From Rubrivivax sp. (GTDB lineage Bacteria; Pseudomonadota; Gammaproteobacteria; Burkholderiales; Burkholderiaceae_C), in contig JANNMQ010000076.1 of assembly GCA_031398045.1 (NCBI GenBank), positions 1 to 37,284 on the forward strand: a stretch of 37,284 nt of DNA, in the 5' to 3' direction. Positions 1 to 8,614 of the stretch are shown here, piece by piece (position 1 is the stretch's first letter; the number at the start of each line of letters is the position of its first letter). Below the pieces are notes generated by a model. The model saw only the letters and a list, made by a program, of their open reading frames with translations, did no database searches and was not told the DNA's origin. A program made the translations under genes and the position numbers.

Positions 1-1
1 C

Positions 2-604
2 GACAAGGAAGACGGCCACGGCACCGAAGCCGTGATGACGATGGAGCAGATGCTGACCGACCCGGAGGAAGCGGCCGAGTTCGTCCAGCGCACCCAGCTC
101 GACGCCCTGGCGATCGCCATCGGCACCAGCCACGGCGCCTACAAGTTCAGCCGCAAGCCCACGGGTGAAACGCTGGCCATCAGCCGCATCAAGGAGATCA
201 ACGCCAGAATTCCCAATACGCACCTGGTGATGCACGGCAGCTCCAGCGTGCCGCAAGACCTGCTGGCCATCATCAACCAGTACGGCGGCCAGATGCGCGA
301 AACCTACGGCGTGCCGGTGTCGGAGATTCAGGAGGCCATCAAGTACGGTGTGCGCAAGATCAACATCGACACCGACATCCGCCTGGCGATGACGGCCGCG
401 GTGCGCAAATTCCTGGCCGAGAACCCCGACAAGTTTGACGCCCGCGACTGGTTGAAGCCGGCCCGCGAAGCCGCCAAGCAGATCTGCCGCCAGCGTTATG
501 TGGAATTCGGCTGCGAAGGCCAGGCGGCGAAGATCAAGGCGCTGAGCCTGCACGATGTGGCCGGCCTGTACAGCAAAGGCACGCTGGCGCAGGTGGTGCA
601 GTAA
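2..604 (+). CDS. fba: Class II fructose-bisphosphate aldolase, 5'-truncated by the window edge
   Basis: Frame is open from position 2 ([11 protein letters not shown]...). Motifs [25 protein letters not shown] and [10 protein letters not shown] are typical of class II FBA. Stop TAA at 602-604. Confidence 0.95.
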   Translation, partial: DKEDGHGTEAVMTMEQMLTDPEEAAEFVQRTQLDALAIAIGTSHGAYKFSRKPTGETLAISRIKEINARIPNTHLVMHGSSSVPQDLLAIINQYGGQMRETYGVPVSEIQEAIKYGVRKINIDTDIRLAMTAAVRKFLAENPDKFDARDWLKPAREAAKQICRQRYVEFGCEGQAAKIKALSLHDVAGLYSKGTLAQVVQ

Positions 605-699
605 GGCGCTGCTGGGCGTGCCGTGGCAGCGGCGCGCCGATGATGACCGGGCGGCCTCAACGCCGATTGTTGCGTCCAAACGTGCGATCTCTGGGATAA

Positions 700-736
700 A
701 GTCGCGACTATTTTGCAGCAGACACTAGAATAGTCG
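700..736 (+). promoter_or_regulatory. Probable leaderless promoter with an overlapping inverted repeat (candidate operator) for the ATPase gene
   Basis: TAGAAT at 726-731 lies 6 nt before ATG 738, with no SD. Perfect inverted repeat CGACTATT (705-712)/AATAGTCG (729-736). Palindrome AGTCGCGACT at 700-709. Confidence 0.5.
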
Positions 737-737
737 G

Positions 738-1883
738 ATGCAGCGCTACCTAGACGCACTGGTCCGCACCGACCTTGACCGCAAGATGGTGCTGCTGACG
801 GGCCCGCGCCAGGTGGGCAAAACCACGCTGGCGCGGCAGATGCTGGCGGGCCTGCAGCCAGCGCAGTATTTCAACTGGGACGTGGCGGCCGACCGCGCCG
901 TGCTGCAGCGCCAGAGCTGGCAACCCACCAGCCGGCTGCTGGTGCTGGATGAAATCCACAAGATGCCGGGCTGGAAAGCCTGGCTCAAAGGCGTGGTTGA
1001 TGGGCGGCTGCATGTTGAAACTGCGCAGCAGGCGCTGTTGGTTACAGGCAGCGCGCGCATGGAGACTTTTCGCCAGAGTGGCGAGTCGCTGGCCGGCCGC
1101 TACTTTGCCTACCGCCTGCACCCCATATCCGTGCGCGAATGGTGTGAACAGCAGCAGGCCACGCCTGACGTCGCGCTGCAGCGCCTGATGCAACGCGGCG
1201 GTTTCCCCGAGCCCTGCCTGGCTGAAGACCCGGTACAGGCTGATCGATGGCGCGCGCAGTACATCACCGACCTGATTCGTGAAGACGTGGTGGAGTTTTC
1301 ACGTGTGCAGGAAGTGGGCACCATGCGGCTGTTTGTTGAATTGCTGCGCGAGCGTGTGGGCTCACCACTTTCTCTGGCGTCGATGGCGCGTGACCTGGCA
1401 CTGTCATCCACCACGTTGAAGCGTTATCTCGACATCCTGCAGGCGCTGTTCATCGTCTTCACGGTGCAGCCCTGGCACCACAACATCGCGCGCGCTGTGC
1501 TGCAGTCGCCCAAGGTGTATTTCTACGACACCGGCCTGGTGCGGGGCGACGAAGGCCTGCGTTACGAAAACGCGGTGGCCACGATGCTGTTCAAGCATGT
1601 GCAATTCAACATTGATGCCCGTGGCCGCGACATGGGCCTGCACTATGTGCGCACCAAAGACGGTGCCGAGGTGGACTTTGCGCTGTCTACGAACGGCGCG
1701 CTGACGCACCTGGTCGAATGCAAACTCGGCGACGACAAACCACACCGGGCGCTGCAGCGGTTTGCAACCGAATTTCCAAGCACCACGGCCGTGCAACTGG
1801 TGCACAGCCTGCGCCACGCGCAGTTGCGCGAACGCGTTGCCATCACGGCTGCGGCGCCCTGGCTGGCGGCGCTGGACGCCTGA
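738..1883 (+). CDS. AAA+ ATPase (AAA_14) with DUF4143 C-terminal region, COG1373-like
   Basis: Walker A GPRQVGKT, Walker B LLVLDEIH, VTGSA, ESLAGR and GGFPE motifs, PKVYFYDTG, and a C-terminal EVDF...VECK that resembles PD-(D/E)xK. Confidence 0.9.
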   Translation: MQRYLDALVRTDLDRKMVLLTGPRQVGKTTLARQMLAGLQPAQYFNWDVAADRAVLQRQSWQPTSRLLVLDEIHKMPGWKAWLKGVVDGRLHVETAQQALLVTGSARMETFRQSGESLAGRYFAYRLHPISVREWCEQQQATPDVALQRLMQRGGFPEPCLAEDPVQADRWRAQYITDLIREDVVEFSRVQEVGTMRLFVELLRERVGSPLSLASMARDLALSSTTLKRYLDILQALFIVFTVQPWHHNIARAVLQSPKVYFYDTGLVRGDEGLRYENAVATMLFKHVQFNIDARGRDMGLHYVRTKDGAEVDFALSTNGALTHLVECKLGDDKPHRALQRFATEFPSTTAVQLVHSLRHAQLRERVAITAAAPWLAALDA

Positions 1884-1923
1884 GCCCGCGACGCCGCACC
1901 GGGCCGCAGCCTGGCCAGTTGGG

Positions 1924-2850
1924 TCAGCCCTTGGTCAGCGCCATCACCGCATCGTCAAAGCGGTGGTTCTGCGGCCCGCGTTCTGCAATCTTCACGGCGC
2001 CGATGTGGTTGCCCAAAGTGGCGCAGCGCTGCAGGCTCCAGCCGCGCTCCAGGCCAAACAGCAACGCGGCGCGGAAGGCGTCGCCACAACCGGTGGGGTC
2101 TTGCACCGCAGTGGCTTTGACACCCGGCACGGTCGTGCGCTGGCCCTTGATCCAGAGTTCGCATCCATGTTCGGCCAGCGTCACCACCACACCTTCGATG
2201 TTGGGCCGCTGCGAGATCTGCGCTGCGGTTTCACCGGTGCGCTCTTCCAGCATGCGGGCTTCATAGTCGTTCAAGGCCACCCAGCGGGCCAGGGCCAGCA
2301 TTTCCTTGTGCTCGTCACCATTGAACTGCGGCAGCTGTTGGCCGGGGTCGAAAATGAAAGGCACACCGGCTTCAAACATCTGGTGCGCGTGCTGCCACAT
2401 GGCGTCGCGGCCGTCGGGTGCGATGATGCCGATGTTCAGATCGTTGCGCTGGCTGCGTGCCGGCACCTGCATGTGGTGCGCGTTGCTCATCGCACCGGGA
2501 TGGAATGCCGTGACCTGGTTGTTGTCGCGGTCGGTGGTGATGTGGCACTGCGCGGTGTGCAGTTCGCGGTCGCGGTGGATGAGTGAGGTGTCAGCGCCCC
2601 AGCTTTGCACCCGCGCCACGTATTCACCACCGTCCACGCCCACGGCAGCCAGGATGACGGGCGCGCCGCCAATGGCTTGCAGGTTGTAGGCGATGTTGCC
2701 GGCGCATCCACCCCATTCACGCCGCAGCGTGGGCACCAGAAAGCTGACGTTCAGAATGTGCACCTGCTCAGGCAGGATCTGCTCGGCAAAACGGCCGGGG
2801 AAGGTGGTGATGGTGTCAAAAGCAAGCGATCCGCAGATCAAGGCGGGCAT
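1924..2850 (-). CDS. PfkB-family carbohydrate/nucleoside kinase (adenosine kinase-like)
   Basis: GSLAFD, GGCAGNIAY, FDPGQ, NDYE and DPTGCGDAFRAA motifs. Start moved to ATG 2850 (MPALICG), which has a GGAG SD. Confidence 0.9.
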   Translation of the reverse strand: MPALICGSLAFDTITTFPGRFAEQILPEQVHILNVSFLVPTLRREWGGCAGNIAYNLQAIGGAPVILAAVGVDGGEYVARVQSWGADTSLIHRDRELHTAQCHITTDRDNNQVTAFHPGAMSNAHHMQVPARSQRNDLNIGIIAPDGRDAMWQHAHQMFEAGVPFIFDPGQQLPQFNGDEHKEMLALARWVALNDYEARMLEERTGETAAQISQRPNIEGVVVTLAEHGCELWIKGQRTTVPGVKATAVQDPTGCGDAFRAALLFGLERGWSLQRCATLGNHIGAVKIAERGPQNHRFDDAVMALTKG

Positions 2851-2924
2851 GGCAACTCCAGAATGAACGGTAAGGGTCGGTCGGTTGGGGTTCAGCGCGG
2901 TGGTGCACGCCCCACTATGCCGTT

Positions 2925-4361
2925 TCAAGGGTAGAACAGCTCAACGGTGTAGCCGGCCACGGTTTCGGGCGTGGCGCTGACAGTTTGCAAAGTGCCCTGC
3001 AGCGTGATTTCGCCCCCCGCTGCCACCGTGCCACCGTGGGCTCCCGGTTTTTTATCTATTGTGCTGCCCAGCTGGTGAGGCAGCAGCACTTTGCGCGACA
3101 TCACATCGCCCTTGCTGTCAGTGAATGTGACATCCAGCGCGGGCAAAGCCAACTCCAGGTTGGCGCGGTTGCGCAAGGTGACTTGCAGCGTGTACAGCGG
3201 CGTTTTATCCACGCGCACCAAACCACTGCTTTCCACCGCCAAGCTGTCGATGGACCGTGCAGCCTGCACCGTGCAACCCAAGCCGGCACACAGGCCGGCC
3301 AACAGCGGCTTGCTGGCCGGGTAACGTGCTGCCACGAGATCGCGGTAAGCCACGGTCACCTGCGCCAGCAGCAGCAGCACGCTGCCAACCAGGGCGCTCA
3401 CCAGCAGCGCGCGCATCTGGGGCCGGCGCCACCGCTGTTCGCGTTCGGCCTTGCGCATGAAGCCCGGCTTGGCCGACTGCGGCGGTGCGGAACGGTGGCG
3501 TGGCTCGGCGTGCAGGCCTTCCAAGCTGCTGGCTGCTTGCGTGGCAGGCCACAAGGATTCGGGCCGGGTTTCGTCAAACAGCGATGGTTCGGGCAGCGCA
3601 TGCGCCGGCACAGGCGCGTTTGCCGGCAGAACGGCCGGTTCGACAAAGCTGGCTGGCGGCTGATGGGGTGGCCAGGTTGATGCCGGTTCCAGCCAGCGTT
3701 CGTCGGCCCACGGGGGCTGCGCTTGCACATCGTCGGGCACCTCGGCAGTGTTTCGCTCTGTTCTGGTCGGCGGTGGCGGTGGCGCGTGCAAAGCCTGGGC
3801 TGCGGGCGGCCATGGGCTGCCGGGCACCGAGTCCCACGGTGCATCGGGTTGGTCAGCAGCCTCTGGCGGTGTGGGCTCAAACGCGGGCGGTACCACCGAA
3901 CGCCTGAACGTCAACCCAGATGCAGGGGCGGGCGCGGGCGCACGGCCGCCCGATGAGGGTGACTGAAAGCCGGGTGGCTGCACCGCCAGTGGGACCAAGG
4001 GCTGCTGCGGCACCTTGAGTTGATGAGGCTGCTGCGCACGCGACATCGCCGCTTCGATCTTGGACGCCAGCCGGTCGTTGTCGGGGCCATCCTGGCGCGC
4101 GCGGTGCGCCTGCGTGCGCGGCAGGCCCCAAGTGTCGGCAGCGGGTGCCTGTCTGTGGCCTTCGTGCTTGGTTGCTGGCGCGTGGTCGCCCGACAAGCGG
4201 GCCCAGCCGCCATCCATGTCCACCATGCTTTCTGACGCGTTGAACACGTTGGTGCAGCGGCCGCAGCGCACCCAGCCTTCAGACACACGCAACTGGTCGG
4301 CCACAACCCTGAACACCGTCTTGCAGGCGGGGCAGCGGGTGGCCTGGTCGTTGCTTTTCAT
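2925..4361 (-). CDS. Zinc-ribbon (MJ0042-type) and DUF3426 domain membrane protein
   Basis: N-terminal CPAC...VRCGRC finger, long Pro/Ala linker, one TM helix, then LCAGLGC...GYTVELFYP. Start ATG 4361 overlaps the prmA stop (TGATG). Confidence 0.85.
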   Translation of the reverse strand: MKSNDQATRCPACKTVFRVVADQLRVSEGWVRCGRCTNVFNASESMVDMDGGWARLSGDHAPATKHEGHRQAPAADTWGLPRTQAHRARQDGPDNDRLASKIEAAMSRAQQPHQLKVPQQPLVPLAVQPPGFQSPSSGGRAPAPAPASGLTFRRSVVPPAFEPTPPEAADQPDAPWDSVPGSPWPPAAQALHAPPPPPTRTERNTAEVPDDVQAQPPWADERWLEPASTWPPHQPPASFVEPAVLPANAPVPAHALPEPSLFDETRPESLWPATQAASSLEGLHAEPRHRSAPPQSAKPGFMRKAEREQRWRRPQMRALLVSALVGSVLLLLAQVTVAYRDLVAARYPASKPLLAGLCAGLGCTVQAARSIDSLAVESSGLVRVDKTPLYTLQVTLRNRANLELALPALDVTFTDSKGDVMSRKVLLPHQLGSTIDKKPGAHGGTVAAGGEITLQGTLQTVSATPETVAGYTVELFYP

Positions 4362-5305
4362 CAGCCAGCAGGTGGGGGCGTGTGGTGCCCGGCTGTCGGG
4401 GCTGCCGACACCATGAGTTTTTGCGCCGTCATCAAGATCCAGCCTTCTTCGGTGTCGGCCACGTGCAGCTGCACGAAAGGCGCATAGGCTGCTTTCAGCT
4501 CGTCGGACTGACGCTCCAGGATGCCGGCCAGCACCAGCCAACCACCGGCTGCCACGTGGCCTGACAGCAGGGGTGCCAGCAGCTTCAGCGGCATGGCCAG
4601 GATGTTGGCGAGCACCACGCTGTAGCTGCCGTTGGCGTGGTCGGGAAGGTGCGCTTGCAGCGTGACGCCGTTGCGCTGGGCGTTTTCTTGCGTGGCCTGT
4701 ACGGCAGCGGGGTCGATGTCCACCGCGTCCAGCTGCTGCGCACCCATCAGGGCCGCGCCAATGGCCAGGATGCCCGATCCGCAGCCGTAGTCCAGCACGC
4801 GGGTCAATGCCGCACCAGCGGGTGCCTGGGCCAGCCAGCGCAGGCACATGCGCGTGGTGGGGTGGGTGCCGGTGCCAAAAGCCAGGCCCGGGTCGAGGCG
4901 TATCACTTGTCGGGCCTGCGGTGGTGGTTCGTGCCAGCTGGGTACTACCCAGAAAGTTGGTGTGATGGCCACCGGCGCGAACTGTTGCTGGGTCAGCCGT
5001 ACCCAGTCTTGCGCCTCCAGGGGCTGCAGCGATTGCAGGCTCAGGCCGGGTGCCCAGCTTTGCACCAACAGCAAGGTGGCAGCACTTTCGGCGCCGGCTT
5101 CGGTGTCGAACAAGGCTTGGATGGTGGACCGGTGCCAGCCCGTGGCCGGCGCCGGCATGCCGGGTTCGCCAAACAGGGCACGTTCACCCTCGGTGCCTGC
5201 GTCGGCATCTTCCACCGACACCGACAACGCGTCCAGCTCGTCCATCAGCGCGTCGGACACCCGGTCCACCAAGCCTTGGGGCGCACGCAGTACCAGTTCA
5301 AACAT
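4361..5305 (-). CDS. prmA: Ribosomal protein L11 methyltransferase
   Basis: LDPGLAFGTGTHPTT, VLDYGCGSGIL and ANILA motifs. Start moved to ATG 5305 (MFELVL). Lies downstream of accBC as expected. Confidence 0.95.
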   Translation of the reverse strand: MFELVLRAPQGLVDRVSDALMDELDALSVSVEDADAGTEGERALFGEPGMPAPATGWHRSTIQALFDTEAGAESAATLLLVQSWAPGLSLQSLQPLEAQDWVRLTQQQFAPVAITPTFWVVPSWHEPPPQARQVIRLDPGLAFGTGTHPTTRMCLRWLAQAPAGAALTRVLDYGCGSGILAIGAALMGAQQLDAVDIDPAAVQATQENAQRNGVTLQAHLPDHANGSYSVVLANILAMPLKLLAPLLSGHVAAGGWLVLAGILERQSDELKAAYAPFVQLHVADTEEGWILMTAQKLMVSAAPTAGHHTPPPAG

Positions 5306-5343
5306 GGGGTGATGGAGTGATAGGGTGGCCGTCAACGTGGAAG

Positions 5344-6693
5344 TTAGCGCCTGCGTGCGGCGAGCCAGCCTTCCAGGTAATGGATGGTGGTGCCACCTTC
5401 CATGAACTTGGCGTCGGACATCAATTCGCGGTGCAGCGGGATGTTGGTGTGGATGCCTTCCACCACGGTCTCGCTCAGCGCGGTGCGCATGCGCGCCAGC
5501 GCCTGCGCCCGGGTGTCGCCATGCACGATGATCTTGCCGATCATGGAGTCGTAATTGGGCGGCACGTAGTAATTGGTGTAAACGTGCGAGTCGACCCGCA
5601 CCCCGGGCCCACCCGGTGCATGCCACAGCGTGATGCGCCCTGGCGACGGTGTGAATTTGTAGGGGTCTTCGGCATTGATACGGCATTCCAGCGCATGGCC
5701 GCGCACCTCGATGTTGCGCTGCGCAAAAGGCAGCTTTTCGCCGGCGGCAATGCGTATCTGCATCTGCACGATGTCCACGCCCGTCACCCATTCCGTCACC
5801 GGGTGCTCCACCTGCACCCGCGTGTTCATCTCGATGAAAAAAAACTCGCCGTTTTCAAACAGGAATTCAAACGTGCCGGCGCCGCGGTAGCCCATTTTTT
5901 TGCCGGCCGCTGCGCAGCGGTCGCCGATCTTTTCGATCACGCGGCGGGCGATGCCCGGGGCGGGTGCTTCTTCGATGATCTTCTGGTGCCGGCGCTGCAT
6001 GGAGCAGTCGCGTTCACCCAGCCACACCGCATTCCTGAACGTGTCGGCCAGCACCTGGATCTCGATGTGGCGCGGGTGCTCCAGGAACTTTTCCATGTAC
6101 ACCGCCGGGTTGCCAAAAGCGGCGCCGGCCTCTGACCGCGTGGTTTGCACCGCGTGTATCAGCGCAGCTTCGGTGTGCACCACGCGCATGCCGCGCCCAC
6201 CGCCGCCACCCGCGGCTTTGATGATGACGGGGTAGCCTATGGCCCGGGCCTGGCGGATGATTTCTTTGGGATCTTCGGGCAGCGCGCCCTCGCTGCCGGG
6301 CACGCACGGCACACCGCTCTTGATCATGGCCTGCTTGGCCTGCACCTTGTCACCCATGGTGCGGATGTTTTCTGGCGTGGGCCCGATGAAAACAAAACCG
6401 CTGCGTTCCACGCGCTCGGCGAAGTCGGCGTTTTCGCTCAGGAAACCGTAGCCGGGGTGGATGGCTTCGGCGTCGGTGACTTCGGCCGTGGCGATGATGG
6501 CCGGCATGTTCAGATAGCTCAGCGCCGACGGCGCCGGGCCGATGCACACGGCTTCGTCAGCCAGCTTCACATACTTGGCTTCACGGTCGGCTTCTGAATA
6601 GACGACCACCGACTTAATGCCCATTTCGCGGCAAGCGCGCTGTATCCGCAGAGCGATCTCGCCCCGGTTCGCTATGAGTATTTTCTTAAACAT
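5344..6693 (-). CDS. accC: Acetyl-CoA carboxylase, biotin carboxylase subunit
   Basis: [40 protein letters not shown] and [10 protein letters not shown] motifs; 449 aa. Confidence 0.97.
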   Translation of the reverse strand: MFKKILIANRGEIALRIQRACREMGIKSVVVYSEADREAKYVKLADEAVCIGPAPSALSYLNMPAIIATAEVTDAEAIHPGYGFLSENADFAERVERSGFVFIGPTPENIRTMGDKVQAKQAMIKSGVPCVPGSEGALPEDPKEIIRQARAIGYPVIIKAAGGGGGRGMRVVHTEAALIHAVQTTRSEAGAAFGNPAVYMEKFLEHPRHIEIQVLADTFRNAVWLGERDCSMQRRHQKIIEEAPAPGIARRVIEKIGDRCAAAGKKMGYRGAGTFEFLFENGEFFFIEMNTRVQVEHPVTEWVTGVDIVQMQIRIAAGEKLPFAQRNIEVRGHALECRINAEDPYKFTPSPGRITLWHAPGGPGVRVDSHVYTNYYVPPNYDSMIGKIIVHGDTRAQALARMRTALSETVVEGIHTNIPLHRELMSDAKFMEGGTTIHYLEGWLAARRR

Positions 6694-6705
6694 GGTGGTC
6701 GGGGC

Positions 6706-6807
6706 TCAATCGCTCTCGTGCGCTGCGCGCACGCAGAACAATGTGGCTTCGCCGCTGCGCCCGCGGCGCAGAACGCCCCGGTTGGCAATCAGAATTTTCT
6801 TGAACAC
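6706..6807 (-). other. 33-aa mini-ORF duplicating the AccC N-terminus ([33 protein letters not shown]) with a hairpin-rich tail
   Basis: GTG at 6807 to TGA at 6706. Positions 6775-6807 match accC 6661-6693 at 27 of 33 nt; the differences are the start codon and five synonymous third positions. Whether it is translated is unknown. Confidence 0.75.
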
Positions 6808-6822
6808 GCGCAGCCGCCCCCG

Positions 6823-7308
6823 TTATTCAACGATGTACAGCGGCTGGCCGAATTCAACCGCCTGACCGTTTTCGCACAGCATGCGCACCACTTTGCCCTC
6901 GCAGTCGGATTCGATCTCGTTCATGATCTTCATGGCTTCGATGATGCACACCGGCTGCCCCGGTTTGACGCTGTCGCCAATGTCAATGAAAGGTTTGGCG
7001 CCCGGGCTGGCTGCACGGTAGAACGTGCCCACCATCGGCGACTTGATGACCTTGTCAGTGGCGCGGGCGGCGGCTTCGGTAGCGGCTGCCACGGCGGCGG
7101 CTTCGGTTTCCACCGCGGCCGCAGCTGCAGCGGTGGCCGCCGCGCTGAGGGGCGCGGGCGCCATCATCATCATCGGCGCTGCCATCGCGCCAGTGCCCAT
7201 GCCCCCTTTGACGATGCGCACCTTGCCTTCGGCTTCGGTGATTTCAAGTTCCGAGATGTTGGAGTCCGACACCAGGTCGATCAGGGTTTTCAGTTTTCGC
7301 AAGTCCAT
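6823..7308 (-). CDS. accB: Biotin carboxyl carrier protein of acetyl-CoA carboxylase
   Basis: MDLRKLKTLIDLV start with a GAGGAG SD, Ala-rich linker, SPMVGTFY, and biotinylation site EAMKIMNEI. Confidence 0.97.
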   Translation of the reverse strand: MDLRKLKTLIDLVSDSNISELEITEAEGKVRIVKGGMGTGAMAAPMMMMAPAPLSAAATAAAAAAVETEAAAVAAATEAAARATDKVIKSPMVGTFYRAASPGAKPFIDIGDSVKPGQPVCIIEAMKIMNEIESDCEGKVVRMLCENGQAVEFGQPLYIVE

Positions 7309-7382
7309 GCAGGGCTCCTCGGTGCCACGGTGGGCCCGCCGGGGCTGGGCGGGCACGCCGTTCTTATAGGTTGAAGGGTCGG

Positions 7383-7829
7383 TCAGGCGTTGCCGGTGGT
7401 GCGCAGCGACAGCACATGCTGCAGCGCCAGGCGATAACCTGCCACGCCCAGCCCCACGATGACACCTGCTGCAAGGGCTGACAGGTAGGAGTGGTGCCTG
7501 AACGATTCGCGTTGGTGCACGTTGCTGAGGTGCAGTTCGATGAAAGGCAAGTCCACACCGGCCAGCGCATCGCGCAGCGCCACACTGGTGTGGGTTAAAC
7601 CACCCGGGTTGATGATGATGAAGTGGGTGCCGTCGCTGCGCGCCGCGTGGATACGATCAATCAGCACACCTTCGTGGTTGCTTTGCAGCGCATGCAGTTG
7701 GGCGCCAGCATCGGCTGCCAACTTCACCAGTTCTGCTTCTATCTGCGGCAACGTGGCCGAACCGTAGATGTGAGGCTCCCGTATGCCCAACAAATTCAGA
7801 TTGGGGCCGTTGAGTAGAAGGATGCTCAT
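7383..7829 (-). CDS. aroQ: Type II 3-dehydroquinate dehydratase
   Basis: [33 protein letters not shown] and [11 protein letters not shown] motifs. Start at ATG 7829. Confidence 0.96.
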   Translation of the reverse strand: MSILLLNGPNLNLLGIREPHIYGSATLPQIEAELVKLAADAGAQLHALQSNHEGVLIDRIHAARSDGTHFIIINPGGLTHTSVALRDALAGVDLPFIELHLSNVHQRESFRHHSYLSALAAGVIVGLGVAGYRLALQHVLSLRTTGNA

Positions 7830-7890
7830 CAAAAAGTGCCTTGCGTTGATCAAGCACAGGTTTTGCAGTCAAGACGCGGGACTTTACGCT

Positions 7891-7950
7891 CATTTGCGGC
7901 CAAATCGCGTCCCTTACCGTCAATGCGGCAGTTTGCGGCTCATTGCGGCG
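7891..7950. promoter_or_regulatory. Phased WWTGCGGC direct repeats upstream of aroQ-accBC (candidate regulator sites)
   Basis: TGCGGC at 7895, 7924, 7934 and 7944, each preceded by two A/T bases; spacing 29, 10 and 10 bp. Confidence 0.4.
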
Positions 7951-8014
7951 ACAGCATCAGTTTGGGTCACCAGGATTCCAGAACCGGAGGCCTGAATTCG
8001 AGGCTGGCAGCTGC

Positions 8015-8068
8015 TGGACGGGCTTACGGACGGGCTAATGGACGGGCTTATGGACGGGCTTATGGACG
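8015..8068. repeat. 12-bp tandem repeat, about 4.5 copies, consensus TGGACGGGCTTA
   Basis: Units at 8015, 8027, 8039, 8051 and a partial one at 8063. The array overlaps the tlpA stop codon. Confidence 0.95.
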
Positions 8069-8614
8069 TCTCACCCAGGACCGCAATTCGGCCAGTTTGG
8101 TCTGGCCGGCTTTCTGGTGTGTGACCCGGCCCGCTGCATCAAAGGCCACGGTGTACGGCAAACCGCCTTGGGTGTTGCCCAATTGCCGCGACAGATTGGC
8201 GCCTTCAAAACCCGCCAGTGCGATGGTATAGCCAACCGGCCGCGTGGCCAGAAAATCGCGCACAGCCTTCGGGTTGTCAACGGCCAGGCCCAGCACACGC
8301 CAGCCGGAGGGGGCCATTTCGCGGGCAAAAAGGTCGAGTTCGGGCATTTCGGCCACGCAGGGTGGGCACCAGCTGCCCCAAAAATTCAGCAGCAACGGCT
8401 GGCCGCGCAAGGTGGCCATCTGCAGTTCGCCGCCGTCGGGTTTGTCAAAACGCAGCTGCCAGAGGGCGCCAGCGCCACCGGGTGCGTCAGCTGCCGCCGG
8501 TTCCCCCGTCTTCGTTTGTCGTTGCTGCCACCACCACCCAGCGGCCACTGCAGCAGCCGCCGCAGTGGCCATCGCCAGGCTGCCGACAACGCGGCGGTTG
8601 GGGCCCGCCTTCAA
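8060..8614 (-). CDS. TlpA/ResA-family thiol:disulfide oxidoreductase
   Basis: N-terminal hydrophobic anchor, LLNFWGSWCPPCVAEMP active site, GGLPYT cis-Pro loop. The TTG start overlaps the upstream stop; exact start uncertain. Confidence 0.9.
   Translation of the reverse strand: MKAGPNRRVVGSLAMATAAAAAVAAGWWWQQRQTKTGEPAAADAPGGAGALWQLRFDKPDGGELQMATLRGQPLLLNFWGSWCPPCVAEMPELDLFAREMAPSGWRVLGLAVDNPKAVRDFLATRPVGYTIALAGFEGANLSRQLGNTQGGLPYTVAFDAAGRVTHQKAGQTKLAELRSWVRRP

Noticed and set aside
605-638. GC hairpin after fba as an intrinsic terminator
   Set aside because: The stem is imperfect and there is no U tract.
1905-1927. Faint resemblance to the fba 3' end (possible target duplication flanking the ATPase)
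   Set aside because: Only about 16 of 23 matches with a gap in GC-rich sequence, partly overlapping the PfkB stop; not distinguishable from chance.
4362-5791. Apparent long N-terminal extensions on the DUF3426 protein and PrmA (likewise HemL to 21577 and the NTase-like protein to 9516)
   Set aside because: They overlap neighbouring real genes, and family-typical starts lie downstream.
5837-5901. A8 and T7 homopolymers in accC as phase-variation tracts
   Set aside because: The frame is intact, the tracts encode ordinary Phe and Lys runs, and the gene is essential.
8015-8068. Short repeat arrays (also 29907-29990 and 35299-35342) as CRISPR
   Set aside because: Units are 12 bp and contiguous, with no spacers and no cas genes.
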